Assembly (NCBI GenBank): GCA_025594325.1
Contig: JANHCV010000001.1
Coordinates: 2,666,001-2,730,000 of the forward strand
From: Blastocladiella emersonii ATCC 22665
Taxonomy: Eukaryota > Fungi > Blastocladiomycota
Length of the DNA: 64,000 nucleotides
Direction: 5' to 3'
Shown: piece by piece, positions 1-12,326 of the stretch
How the letters are laid out: each line of letters begins with the position of its first letter
Numbering within the stretch: the first letter of the stretch is position 1
Program-made: the position numbers and the translations under genes
The notes under the pieces: model-generated
What the model was told of the DNA's origin: nothing
The model's database searches: none
What the model saw: only the letters and a program-made list of their open reading frames with translations

Positions 1-1
1 C

Positions 2-577
2 GCCGCCGGGTTCCCCATGTCCTCGGCGGTCGCGGCGCTCGACGTGCACCTCGGGTGGACGGCGCGCATGCTGGCGTGCCAGAGCACGTGCCGGTGGTCG
101 ACGCAGGGCGACGCGGCCGCCGAGGCGTTCCGGCGCCACCTGTACCGCGCGCTGCTGCAGCAGTGGATCCACGCCGCCGCGGGCACCTCGCCCGTCGTCG
201 CCGTGCACACGGCCAAGACGCGCCGCGGACATCTCCCGCCCTTCTCCGTGTACGCGCGGGGTGCGGTCGAGGCGCTGGCGCGCGATCACCCGGACGCCGA
301 GTGGACCGCGGCGCTCGTGGAGAAGACGGGGATGGCGACGGATGCGGAGCTCGACGCGTTCCACGACGAGAGTGTGAAGCAGGGCGCGCTCAAGAAGATC
401 GCCCTGGTGTGGACGCTGCGCGCGCTCATGGCCGAGGCAATTGAGAGCTTGATCCTCGTTGACCGGTACCTGTGGATCGTCGAGGACGGCCGCGGCGACG
501 CGGTCCTGTTCCCGCTGTTTGACCACGTCGATAGCCCGCGGAACTGCGTGATTCTCGGGATCAAGCGCGAGGAGTAG
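2..577 (+). CDS. METTL25/RRNAD1-like methyltransferase, C-terminal part (5' truncated by window edge)
   Basis: Frame is open from position 2. It ends ...LRALMAEAIESLILVDRYLWI...VLFPLFDHVDSPRNCVILGIK, matching the METTL25/RRNAD1 C-terminal pattern (E.LILLDR..FL.E...L.P.FD...SPRN). Confidence 0.7.
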   Translation, partial: AAGFPMSSAVAALDVHLGWTARMLACQSTCRWSTQGDAAAEAFRRHLYRALLQQWIHAAAGTSPVVAVHTAKTRRGHLPPFSVYARGAVEALARDHPDAEWTAALVEKTGMATDAELDAFHDESVKQGALKKIALVWTLRALMAEAIESLILVDRYLWIVEDGRGDAVLFPLFDHVDSPRNCVILGIKREE

Positions 578-653
578 AGGAGTGTAGTGTAGTGTAGAGC
601 AACTTTTAGCGTTTATTATGTATTTTTCTCTTGTACGATCAAACTCGGTACTA

Positions 654-3084
654 CTAGCCGCGAGGCGGGCGCGGCGACGCGGTCCCTGCACCTCCACCGA
701 ACCGCGCGGGCGACGCCGTGGCCGAGCCGTGGCCCGCGGGCAGGTCCCAGCGCTGGAGACACGCGGTGAGAAGGGCCGCATGACCGACGCCCGCCGCGGA
801 GGGACTGCCCGACCCCGCGTCAGTGTCGAGCGCAGCACCGAGCTTCTCGAGCGCGCGGGCCTGCTGGCGCGCGTGGTGCATGTTGGTCTCCTGGAGGTAC
901 GTGCGGAACGCGGGGTCCTGGAAAAAGTCGAACATCGAGACGACCTCGGTGACGTTATCGCCTGCGCGCAGGCGGTCGTGGACCGCGGTGAGGTGGTCAA
1001 TGGCAGCGGCGGGGCGGCGCGCGAGGAGGCCGCGGGCGACGATGTACCGCTCCGAGTTGGCGGGCCGCGAGCTGAGCGGCTTGACGAGGGCCACCTCGCG
1101 GAACACGGTGTGCAGAATGTACACGAGGCCGGCCATAAACGGCGACAGCACGTCGTACACCTTGAGGACGAACTGGCCGCCCTCGGCGAGCAGGTGCAGC
1201 GCGGCGAGCACCTCGGCGAGCTTGAGGTGGCGCGTCAGGTGCTCCTGGCGGTCCTCGTTGCCCGCGACCGAGATCCCGCCGTCGGACGTGACGAGGGCGG
1301 CGCCGAGGCCCTCGGACCGCGCGTCGACAAACTCGCGCAGCGCGCGGATGTTGTCGAGGTTCAGCACGTCGCCGTCGCCCTCGCCCACCATGGTATCGTC
1401 GGGCGTGGTCCCGCTCGTGCGCGGCACGCCAAAGTGCGCCGTGAACCGGTCGCGCGCCTGCGCGTCGGGCGTAAAGTCGTCGGCCCAGAACCGCGTGTTG
1501 TGGTGCTGCAGGCCCGAGGCCTCGTCGGGGTTGTACGTGAACCCGACGCTGGTCACGTCGGTGCGGCCGCGCTGGTGCGTGCGCCACAGAATGTACTCGG
1601 AGAAGCCGCCGGGGCCCGAGCACATGTCGACGTGGACCGTCGGGCGGCCGGGGAAGCCGATGAGCTGGTCGACGATGCGGCACTCGGCATCGAGCTCGCC
1701 GAGTTTCACGGCGGCACGGTTGATGAAGATGGACTTGCCGATGCGCTCGTACGGGTTCGACAGGGCGCGCGCGCGCTTGAGGTGGTCCGTTTCGACCGAC
1801 TCGAGCTTGTGCTACACGGAATTGCGTCAGTGAAGGCCTTACGAGGTACGCGGATTCGAGGCAGGGTAGCGTACCTTGCCCTTGAGAACGCGCTCGACGA
1901 GATCGCCGTCCGAGAAGAGGCTGTGGTCGACCGTTTCCTTGCCCTGCAATCGGTCGAATCGTTAGCCTGCGAGCTGGATCAGAGACGCGAATCCTGCGCA
2001 CCTCGGGCTCGACCTCAATGACGGGCGTAAACGCCTTGGGTCCCTCGGCGCTGTCGTTGGCGAGCCACTGGACCCAGGCCATGGTCTCGGGCGCGCTGGG
2101 CGAGCGAGCGCGAGGCGCTGCTGCCGCCGCGGGAGCGAATTCGCGGGACGGGCGCGACGAGTCGGGCGCCGCCTCCTCGTCAAGCAGCGCGTAGCGGTTG
2201 GCCATAGCGCCCGGACCCGTGTTGGAGACCTTGCGCTCGCGGGGCGGGAGATGGTCGTGGTGCGGGCGGTGCTCGCGGTGGTGGTTGGGCGGGGGTGGTG
2301 CACCGCGGCGGTCGCGGTCGTCGGCCCAGCGAGGCCGGTCGTCGCGGGGCGCGTCGTAGCCGGGTCGGCCGCCGCCGTAGCCAGGGCGCCCGCCATCGTA
2401 GCCACCACCACTGCTGCGGCCAGCGTCGCGGTGCGCGTCGTATCCGCCGCGTCCCCCGTCGTAACCGCCACCACGACCTCCGTCGTACGCGCTGCGGCCG
2501 GGATCGTGGGCGCCACGTCCGCCGTCGTAGCCCCCACGACCACCGTCGTAGGCCCGACCGCCGCTGTAGCCGCCAGAGCGTCCACCGTCGTAACCACGAG
2601 GCTGCTGCTGCTGGTGGTGCTGCTGGTGGTGATGGTGCCCGTGGCCCGGCGCAGGAATCCACCCACCGTCGTCCTCGCGGCGCCGCTGCTGCTGCTGGTG
2701 GTGGGGCGGCGGTGGTCCAGCCGACCGCCACGACTGCGCGTCGGCGGCGCGGCTTGGTCCGTCGCGGCGGTACGGGTCGTGCGGCGGGCCACCGTGGTGG
2801 AACCCGTGCTGCTCACGGCGACCGTAATCGCCGCCGGCGTGGTGGTGCGGGGGCGGGCGCGAGGCACCGCCGTCGTAGTGATTGCCGCCGCCGCGACCAC
2901 CGCCGCTGGCGTAGGGATCGTCGCGGCGGCGATCGTCGGGCGCGCCGTACCGCCCACCTCCACCGTGATGCGGCGGCGGCGGCGGCGGCGGCGCATCGCG
3001 TCGAGGCCCATCGCCGCGGCCGCCACCGCCACCTCGACCGCCGCCGCCGCCGCCCAGGAGAGCTTCAATGTCGCGCGGGGCCAT
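654..3084 (-). CDS. CMTR1: Cap-specific mRNA (nucleoside-2'-O)-methyltransferase, CMTR1-like (FtsJ/RrmJ fold) with long G/Y/R/H/Q-rich N-terminus
   Basis: Spliced model with introns ~1944-2003 and ~1812-1874. Motifs RARALSNPYERIGKSIFINRAAVKL, DMCSGPGGFSEYILWR, SDGGISVAGNEDRQE, GGQFVLKVYD and KPLSSRPANSERYIV all match CMTR1. Confidence 0.88.
2350..2598 (-). repeat. Imperfect coding repeat of (G/A)YDGGR units in the CMTR1 N-terminus
   Basis: Translation GYDGGRSGGYSGGRAYDGGRGGYDGGRGAHDPGRSAYDGGRGGGYDGGRGGYD...GYDGGRPGYGGGRPGYD. Confidence 0.85.
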
Positions 3085-3472
3085 GCTGGGAGGCGGAATG
3101 GAGTCGGTCCCGGCAGTCGCAAAGTCGGAGTCCGCTACGGTTGGCGGGCGTGTCAGCGGGCGTCGCAGTTGCGTGGTCTAGCGCGCCCCGGGCGGCGCAT
3201 ACATGAGTAAATGTCCATTGCAGGAGGGTGGAGGGTGCGACCGCCGCGATCGGACTCGGACACAGAGGTCGGAAGGGAGGGAGAGGGAGAAGCGTCAACT
3301 CTGCCCAAGACAGCACAACGCGAAGAGAACGCGGCGAGTCGCCGTGTGACGACGAGTCAGGTGAGGCCGGCATCGACGCGTTCCGTCCTCGCCCTCGTCG
3401 CCATCGACCCGCTGTCCTCTTTCAGCAGATCGACACCAACTACGGGCCTCGCACACGCCCCACGCTAAGCTC

Positions 3473-4959
3473 ATGCAAACCCGATCCCGCACGCGCGGCG
3501 CCGATCCGCCCGCGACCCGCCGTGCCGCCGCCCCCGCCCCCGCCGCGGCCGCCCAGGACTCGGACTCGCCGCTCTCCGACGCTTCGAGCGCCTCGCTCAG
3601 CGAATTTGACGGTGACGACAGCGACCACGAGGCCGCCGCCTCCAAGAAGAAGAAGCCGGCGACCAAGAAGAAGGCGCCGGCCAAGAAGACCGCCGCGAAG
3701 CCCACCGCCGCCGCCGCCGCGAAGAAGGCTCCGGCCAAGACGAAGCGCAAGCGCGCCGCGTCGCCTGTCCCCGCCGCGGCCGCCGCTGACGCCGACGAGA
3801 GCGGGTGCGAGAGCTGCCGCGAGGCGCCCGCCCCGAAGCCCGCGTCCAAGCGCCAGCGCAAGACCAAGGCCGAGGCCGCCGCCGAGCTCGACCCCGCGAT
3901 GCTCCCGCCGCGCATGGTCCACGCCGCCAAGCGCATCGGGGCGCACATCTCGGCCGCCGGAGGGCCCGAGAACGCGATCCCGAACGCGCTCAAGATCGGC
4001 GCCGACGCCATGTCCTTCTTCCTCAAGTCGTCGCGCACCTGGGCCTCCAAGCCCTTGTCGGACGCGTCGATTAAGGCGTTCAAGGCCAACTGCGAGAAGC
4101 ACGGCTACGATCCTGCGGCTTCCATGATCCCGCACGGCAGCTACCTCTGCAATCTCGGCAATCCCGATGCTGGTGCGTTGCTGACTTTAGACGGCTTATG
4201 CAAGCGCGTGGTCGTTCACCTTTCCCCGCTATGCCGTGTAGAGAAGCGCGAAAAGAGCTACCAGTTCGTCCTCGACGAGCTCAAGCGGTGCGAGGCGCTC
4301 GGCATCAAGCTGTACAACTTCCACCCGGGCTCGACCGTTGGCGAGTGCACCGAGGCCGAGTGCATCGCCCACATTGCCGACAACATCAACCGCGCCCTCC
4401 GCGAGACCTCGACCGTCGTCGCCGTCATCGAGAACACGGCCGGCCAGGGCAACGTCGTCGGCTACTCGTTTGAGCACCTGCGCGACATCATCGCCCTCGT
4501 CGAGGACAAGTCGCGTGTCGCCGTTTGCCTCGACACGTGCCACCTGTTCGCCGCCGGCTACGACATCCGCGACCGCGAGTCCTTCACCAAGACGTTCGCC
4601 GACTTTGACCGTATCGTCGGGAACAAGTACCTCGTCGCGTTCCACGTCAACGACTCGCTCGGCGGGCTCAGTACGCGGTGCTCCGCTTGGCTGATTTCAT
4701 GGTCGCGGTGCTCACTCTCCCTTGCGCTCGTGTAGACTCGCGCAAGGACCGCCACGCCCCGCTTGGCAAGGGTCTCATCGGACACGCGCCGTTTGAATGG
4801 CTGATGCAGGAGCCCGCGTTTGATGACAAGTTGTTCATCCTCGAGACGCCCGAAGAGAACCTGTGGGTCGACGAGGTCAAGCTGCTCCGCTCCTACTTCC
4901 CCGACACCGCCGCTGCCGCGGACGAGTCGCTCGCCATCAAGGAGGAGGAGGCCAAGTAA
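3473..4959 (+). CDS. APN1: AP endonuclease 1 (endonuclease IV family) with K/A-rich N-terminal extension
   Basis: Motifs IGAHISAAGG, PHGSYLCNLG, LYNFHPGS, IENTAGQGN, VCLDTCHLFAAGYD, HVNDS, KDRHAPLGKG and FILETP. Two introns (~4173-4241, ~4672-4735). Confidence 0.95.
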
Positions 4960-4985
4960 TCAATAGACATCGCTGTTCTGCACTA

Positions 4986-7091
4986 TCACATCTCGCTCTC
5001 ATACCGCATCCGCGTCACCTCGCGCGCGCGATCCGCAAACGCGGCCGGCTGCGACGCCGACGCGGCGCCGCTCGCCGCGAGCGTCTCGCTCGACACGGCG
5101 AACCCGGCCCCGATCCCAGCACCCGGCGTGTACGTAGTGGCGACGATGGGCGCGACGATCCCCTCGCCCTGCTTGCCGAGCCCGCCGCCGCTCCACCCCA
5201 TCTTGGCCAGCAGCTTGCCGCCGATCCCGTCCGCGAGCGTTTTGGGCTTGGGCGGCGCTTTCGGCGCGGCGCGGCGCACCGGGTGCCGGTACCGGTACTT
5301 GAGCACCATGGCCAGCTGCTGCGCGAGCAGGTCGTCGAGGCGCCGCGCCGCGTGCATCTCGGACGTCGCCGCGTGCCGGTCGAGGTGCCGCACGGTGCGG
5401 AACTGCCGCCGGCACAGCAGGCACAGGCGGCGCCGGCGGTCGAGAAAGTCCTCGTCGGCTGGAATCACGGCCATGTCGAACGACGGGATCGACGGACCGC
5501 GCGGCTCGACGGCGGCGGCCGCCGCGTCCTTGGGTGTGTCCGACGCGGACAACGACGCCGGCTTGTCGTCGCCGAGCTCGGCGTAGAACTCGGCGAGCGG
5601 GTCGTCGTCGTGCGCAGGTTGCGCGCTCGCAGCGCCAAACTGCGTCTCGGCGACGGGGAAGACGGTCGCGTAGGCCTCGGGGTGGTGGTACGCGAGGATC
5701 CGCTCGCCGTCGGCCGCGACGAACGTGTGTCGCGAGAGCGCGTAGGTCGAGACAAACGTCGACGGGCGGCCGAACGTTACCGTCGCCGGCTGGGTCCCCA
5801 CGAAGAAGCCGGACGCGTAGAGCTCCTTGTCGGTGACGATGCGAAGCACGCTCGCGGCGCTTTCGGCCGAGGAAAACTCGACGAACGCGAACGCGAGGCT
5901 GCCGTTCGAGTGCTTGGCGCGGATCAGGTGCGTCTGCACGGGCGCAATCGACGACTGGCCCAGCGCCTCGCTGAGCTCGGCGAAGGTCGCGTGGATGCTG
6001 CGCTCGGTGACGGTGCGGTCCAGGTTGCGCAGCAGGAGGAGCGGCGTCGGCGTGCCCGACACGTCGTCGGCCGCGTCGACGAGACCCGTGCCGCGCGAGC
6101 TTGCCTCGAGGTCTGGACGTACGCGATGACGCGGTGAGCATATCATCAGACTCGCGATAGGGAAGCAAACGTACCACACGGGTGCCCGCACCGCGAACAC
6201 TCGAACGTGTTGGCCGCGTTTTCAGTGGCGCACTCGGCACACGGCCACTTGGACTCGGGCGCGCACGGGTAGCGCACCGAGACGACCGCGGTCCCAATGT
6301 GGAAGCCGTCCGAGGCCTGCTCGTAGAAATTTGCGCAGTCGTCAAAGGACCGAAACCGCAGCAGCGCGATGCGTTTCGACTTGCCCGAGTGCTTTTCGCG
6401 GAGCAGCTTGACGCTCGATGGAGAAATCAGGCGCATCGCGTCGAGGGTATCCCAAATCTACGTTCAAATGAGTGAGTGGAGGTCGGCTTTGGGCGATGTG
6501 GGCGGTCCGTACCTCGGTCTGCGTCGTGTCAGAGTCTAGGCGGCGAAGCACGAGATACTCTGACGGTGGGCCTTCATCCAGGTTACCCGTTGACGTTGAA
6601 GCGGCCGCCCGGCGTTCGACATCGCGAATCGCGCCGTCAATGGCTCGCTCCAGCGCGGCAGACGGTGCAGCTCGGCGCCGGCGATCACGCGGGGAGCGAG
6701 ACCCGGAATCGGATCGCGAGCGAGACCGGTATTTGCGCCGAGACCGCGATGAGGAGCGGTCGCGCCGAGAAGAGTGCTGGTGGCGACGGTCGCGGCGCTC
6801 GTAGTCGGCACCCGTATACTGGTACTTCGTCTCGTCAAGAACTAGGTCGTCGTCGACGCGGCTCCGCTCGTTTTTCCGAGCACGCCGTGTACGAGAGCGG
6901 GAGCGGGAGCGGGAATGAGAGCGGGAACGGGTCCGAGTGCGCGTACGGGACCTCGAGCGGGAGCGCGACCGACCGCTCCGACGGCGACGGCTGCTCCGCT
7001 CGTCGGGACTGCGGTTTCGGGAACGACTGCGACTACGGCGAGATCCGCTGCGCTTTTTCGGGCTCGTTGCATCAAGTTTCTTACGCTCCAT
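4986..7091 (-). CDS. RBM5/RBM10-like splicing factor (RS region, RRM, RanBP2 Zn finger, RRM, C2H2 Zn finger, G-patch)
   Basis: RS-rich N-terminus; RRM (YLVLRRL...IALLRFRS); WPCAECATENAANTFECSRC; second RRM (LLLRNL...AFAFVEFSS); CLLCRRQF...H..TSEMH; G-patch GIGGKLLAKMGWSGGGLGKQGEGI. Introns near 6.15-6.5 kb. Confidence 0.85.
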
Positions 7092-8222
7092 GGTGTCTGG
7101 GGTTGCAGACGAGAGGGGAAACGCGCGCGGCGGCGGTCACGTCCTGTGCCGATCCTGATCACATGATAAATCAACGCGTCTCGCGGGTCGGTCTCGCCGG
7201 CCGTTGCGGCCGCCTGCAGGATGCTCTCAAGCGTGGAGCAGCAGCTAAGCATCAAAAATGGCTTGGAGACTATGCAAACGCTTCGGGGACTTGATTGCCC
7301 AGAGTATAGTCACCCGTGAAAGCAACTCACTCGTCGTGCTTCCTTGGCCTCAACGGCCGTCCGCGTAGCGCTCCCAGGCGGACCACAACATCTGTTCGGA
7401 AGGTAAAACTTGAAGGGGTATCTGAAATCATCACGGAACCGCATGTCTAGTCGGATACAAAGCTCAGTCTCACTTGGAGCCTTGTGCTGCTGCGTGTCGA
7501 AAGGAATGTCAATCGAACAGTGCTTGTAGTCGAGGGTGTGCATTTGCGCTTGCTTAGCTCCAACTGAGCGCGTGCTGGCCACTATCGATCAAGGTTCGTC
7601 GACTCCTGCTCAAGCATCAGCTCCGCTAACATCGCCGCTGGGTTGAGGTCCGGCTCAAGGGCAACACCAAGTTGCTCGGCGATTTTCAACGGAAAGCGTG
7701 GTCGGTGCCCCGGGCCTGCGTTCTCCGATCACATCAAACATCGAGCGAGTTCGTACAGAATCGCGAAGAGCAGGTGAGCGTCACGCCAACGATGACTCAA
7801 GGCCGGCGCGCCTCGATGGCGGCTGCGGAAGGTAAATTTGGTCTCCTATTGCACGCCTTGGTGAGCAGGCTTGCAAGATGGGAGTCCGCGATCGCGGGCC
7901 CTTGCCAACGAGATGGTCGAGCGGCCGCTGGGACGGCTGAGGGAGCGAGCGCGAGGCGCCACACGCGCCATTGGCTGACCACTTAAGCGCCAAGCGTGCG
8001 GGAGAACGGCTTCCACGTGACCTTCCGACCGACGCGCTTCACTCCGGTCGATTCGAGCGACCGCGGACGCTGCGTCCTCGTTCCGCACCTCCCCCAAACC
8101 CGCTCCAACGGAAGAATCTGGCCGCTGTATAAGAAGCCTGGCCCTCCCCGAGCACCCGCTGACGGATCTTCGTGCCCTCGCTCACCGGCAACCAACTTCC
8201 ACGAATCAACTCCATCCTCGCC

Positions 8223-10663
8223 ATGGTCAGCTCGCTGCTCCACCCGCTCACGCTCGGCTTCGACCTGCCCGAGTACTGGGCCCGCACCGAGGCCGACATC
8301 TTCACCCAGGACCCGGCCGTCTCGCACGCGCCTAAGCGCGTCCACAACCTGACGGCCGACGAGACCAAGCAGGCCATCCGCAACGCCCTCCGCTACTTTG
8401 ACCCCAAGCACCATGCCCGCCTCGCGCCCGAGTTCCTCAAGGAGCTCAACGTCTTCGGCCACATCTACATGTACCGCTTCCGCCCGACCAGGTACGCTCG
8501 GATCGTCGCGTCGATCGCTTGACCGTGACCGTAGCCGCTCACGACCTCATTGCTCGGCTCTCTAGCTACGAGATGAAGGCCTACCCCATCGAGGACTACC
8601 CGGGCAAGTCGGTCCAGGCCAAGTCCATCATGCTCATGATCATGAACAACCTGGACAAGGAGGTGCGTTGATTCTCGCCCGCTTGCTCGTTGGCTCTCAC
8701 CGTTGATCATGGACCTGATCTCTGACGCACTACCCCCTCCCGCGCCTCCAGGTCGCCCAGTACCCGCACGAGCTCATCACCTACGGCGGCACCGGCTCCG
8801 TCTTCTCCAACTGGGCCCAGTACCACCTCACTATGAAGTACCTCTCGACCATGACCGACGAGCAGACCCTCGTCATGTACTCGGGCCACCCGCACGGCCT
8901 GTTCCCGTCGCATCCCGACGCGCCGCGCGCCGTCGTCACCAACGGCATGGTCATCCCCAACTACTCGTCGCGCGCCGACTACGACCGCATGTACGCCATG
9001 GGTGTCTCGCAGTACGGCCAGATGACCGCCGGCTCCTACTGCTACATCGGCCCGCAGGGCATCGTCCACGGCACCACGCTCGTCTGCCTCAACGCCGGCC
9101 GCAAGTACACGGGCTCGTCGGACCTGCGCGGCAAGCTGTTCGTCACCGCGGGTCTCGGCGGCATGTCGGGTGCCCAGCCCAAGGCCGGCTACATCTGCAA
9201 GCTGATCGCCGTCGTCGCCGAGGTCGATCCCGCTGCCCTCAACAAGCGCTACGCCCAGGGCTGGGTCACCGAGAAGTGCGACAACCTTGACGACCTCGTT
9301 GTCCGCATCAAGCGCGCGCGCGTGGAGAAGAAGCCCGTGTCGATCGGCTACCTCGGCAACGTCGTGGACATCTGGGAGCGCCTCGCCAAGGAGTCCGAGA
9401 CCGATCCCGACCTGCTGCCCGAGCTCGGCAGTGACCAGACCTCGCTGCACATCCCCTTCACCGGCGGCTACTACCCCGTCGGCCTGAGCTTCGAGGAGGG
9501 CAAGAAGATGATCGCCGACAACCCCGCCAAGTTCAAGGAGCTCGTCGAGGCCTCGCTCCGCCGCCACGTCGCCGCCGTCAACAAGCTCACCGCCCGCGGT
9601 ATGGCCTTCTTCGACTACGGCAACGCCTTGTACGTTTTCCCGTCGCACAACCGGTATCCTTTAATCATGGTGACTGACGTTGACCACCCACGTCGCCACG
9701 CCATAGCTTGCTCGAGGCCAGCCGCGCCAAGGCCGACATCCTCAACGACAAGGGCGAGTTCAAGTACCCGTCCTACGTCCAGGATATCATGGGCGACATC
9801 TTCTCGCTCGGCTTCGGTCCCTTCCGCTGTACGTTTCACGTTCGTGGCCGTGGCTTCTCCGAGTTGCCTCTAACCCACCGCCCCCGCTCGTCATCCAGGG
9901 GTCTGCACGTCGGGTCTCGAGAGCGACCTCGAGACGAGTGACCGGATCGCCGAGGAGGTGCTCACGCAGCAGCTGGCCGAGGCCAAGGCCAACCCGAACA
10001 AGACGCTCGGCATCCGCCAGGAGCAGCAGGTCTCCGACAACCACGTCTGGATCCGCGAGTGCGGTGAGCACAAGATGGTCGTCGGCTCGCAGGCCCGCAT
10101 CCTGTACGCCAACGCCGCGGGCCGCTCGCGCATCGCTCTCGCGCTCAACAAGGCCATTGCCGACGGTCGCCTCAAGGGCCCCGTCATGCTGTCGCGCGAC
10201 CACCACGACGTCTCGGGCACCGACTCGCCGTACCGTGAGACCTCGAACGTCACGGACGGCTCCAAGTTCACGGCCGACATGGCGGTCCACAACTTCATCG
10301 GCGATGCCTTCCGCGGCGCTACCTCAGTGTCAGCGCACAACGGCGGGGGCGTAGGCTGGGGTGAGGTTTTTAACGGTGGGTTCCTCCTGCTTCTCGACGG
10401 GAGCGACGCCGCGGCCCGCCGCGCCAAGAACATGCTCTTCTGGGGTACGCCGATCTCTGCGGCCGTTTCCGGCGCCCGGATCGCTCACTGATCGCCCTCT
10501 CTTCGCTACGCTAGACGTCAACAACGGCATCACGCGCCGCAGCTGGGCCGGCAACGAGAACGCCAACCTGCAGATCCAGGAGGCCGAGGAGCACGAGCCG
10601 CTGCTCAAGGTGACGCTCCCCGCCAAGTGCGACGACGACATCATCAGCTCGCTCAAGATCTAG
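8223..10663 (+). CDS. UROC1: Urocanate hydratase, eukaryotic long form
   Basis: Motifs AIRNALRYF...FGHIYMYRFRP, YPHELITYGGTG, QYGQMTAGSYCYIGPQGIVHGT, AGLGGMSGAQPKA, SDQTSLH, VVGSQARILY, LSRDHHDVSGTDSPYRETSN and HNGGGVGWGEVFNGGF. Five short GT-AG introns. Confidence 0.95.
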
Positions 10664-11271
10664 GTCTTCGGTGTCGTGCGCACGCCCTGAAGCGCGTGGC
10701 CGCGTACGGTCGGCCACCGAGTGCAAGAAGTCGCGGAGGTCGCCCGCCGTCGTAGTTTGGCTGGTGCTCTCGTTCTGCTTGTTTGCAAACATGATACTCT
10801 TTTGATCCAATTACCTTCATGGAGTGCTCGCTGAACTAGGAGACCATCAAGTGAACTTCGCGAAGGTCGCCTCGCGTCGTGACTAGTTCCGGGCCCCGAT
10901 AGCGCTCGGGTGATGTGGCGCAACGCGTCCTGACTCGACCGACTTCGGCCCGCGGCCGCGTGCGCGAGCCGCCTTGCTACCTCTCCATACACTCGCAGCA
11001 CTCACTTACCCACGGCGCAGCCTCGCAAGTGTGAGCTCGAATGGCAGAATGAGGAACAAACCGATCATGCATTTATAGAGTGTAGCGCCTGCACCGCTGA
11101 CCGTGGCAACCGCCTCTCCGAGTCAGACTCGCCTGTTTGAAAGCGCTTCTCGTGACCCGGATGTCGAATGCGTCCTGCTAGCAAGTTTTAGTGTATTGGT
11201 ATAGTCCATGTGTGTAGTCCACGCGTCGTGCGCGGCGCCGTCATCCACTCGCTCAGGCCATGCCTCCCCTG

Positions 11272-12193
11272 TCACTGCTCAGACTCGGGTGGCGCCGCAA
11301 AGTTGGCCGCGGTGTTGACCACGAACTGGACCTGCGACGAATGCCCCGCGGCCGGCGGTGACTCCGCGCCGGTGACGACCTGCGGGACCGAGAAGGGGTA
11401 CATGCGCATCCACTCGCGCACGTCGTCGGGGCGCGCGTGCGACAGGTACTCGAAGTAGAACGTGAGTCTTCGGAGCGCCGTGTCGTCCATGGGCGGGCGC
11501 GCGGCGTCGCACAGGCCCCACTGCGGAATCACGAGCGCGTTGGCGGGGTTGAGCCGGCTCTTGCGTAGCGAGTCGTCGACGATGATGGTGCGCTCGGGCC
11601 CGTACTCGGGGAACGCGGCGAACACCTTGGACAGGTCCTTGAGCGTCGCCCACGTGTCGACCGAGTCACTCTGGTCGCTCGTGCACTTCTCGCGGGCCCA
11701 CACGAAGCGCAGACGCGACGCGAACTCTTTGCCGAGGACGGCGAGGATGAGCTGCTCTGCGTTGTACGAGGTCGCCGACGTCCACACGGCCACGTCCACG
11801 TCGGGGTTGGTGGACAGGACCGCCCAGAACAGCTCGAACAGCGGGCGCCGGAACGTGTGCTTGAAGCCGACGATGCCGCACGAATGCGGAAGCGGGTGGT
11901 GCAGCTGCTGCGCCGCGGCGTACTCCACCTCGTGGAGACGGGCCAGGAGACAGCCGTTCAGATCTACGGAATCGGTGGAGGGTTGTAGTTAGTGGGGAGA
12001 ACCGTTTGGCAGTGCTTCGTCGGTGGAGAGCGCACGTACCAAACACGGCGAGGTAACGCTTGGGCGGCGGTCTAATTGACGGTGCAGCTCTTGAAGCGCT
12101 CGCTGCTCCGTTCCCTGCGACCACGGTCACCGACCCGTCGAGCGTCACCGCGGCGATGAGTGCCGCCTCGAGCACGGCCGATAGAAGCGTCAT
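11272..12193 (-). CDS. NIF/FCP1-homology HAD phosphatase-like protein (DLNG variant)
   Basis: Splicing out intron 11964-12039 gives RYLAVFDLNGCLL. Further motifs FRRP, VAVWTSA, LKDLSKVF, TIIVDDSLRKSRLNPAN and D.ALRRL..YFE.L. Confidence 0.75.
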
Positions 12194-12326
12194 CCCCAGC
12201 CATGTGAGCCGGATGCGGGAGCGGGGAGAATGAGCTCGTCCACGGTCGCTCTCCTGGTCGCACTCTCCTCCTCTCGCTTGTCCATCACTTGTTTCTTTCA
12301 CCCGAGCGGAACCACTACACGCTGCA

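Noticed and set aside
7100-8220. 1.1-kb lower-GC spacer with short minus-strand ORF fragments (e.g. 7310-7582)
   Set aside because: No ATG/intron model gives a coherent gene, and there is no similarity to the orphan trio or a known family. Treated as divergent-promoter DNA, although a decayed remnant cannot be excluded.
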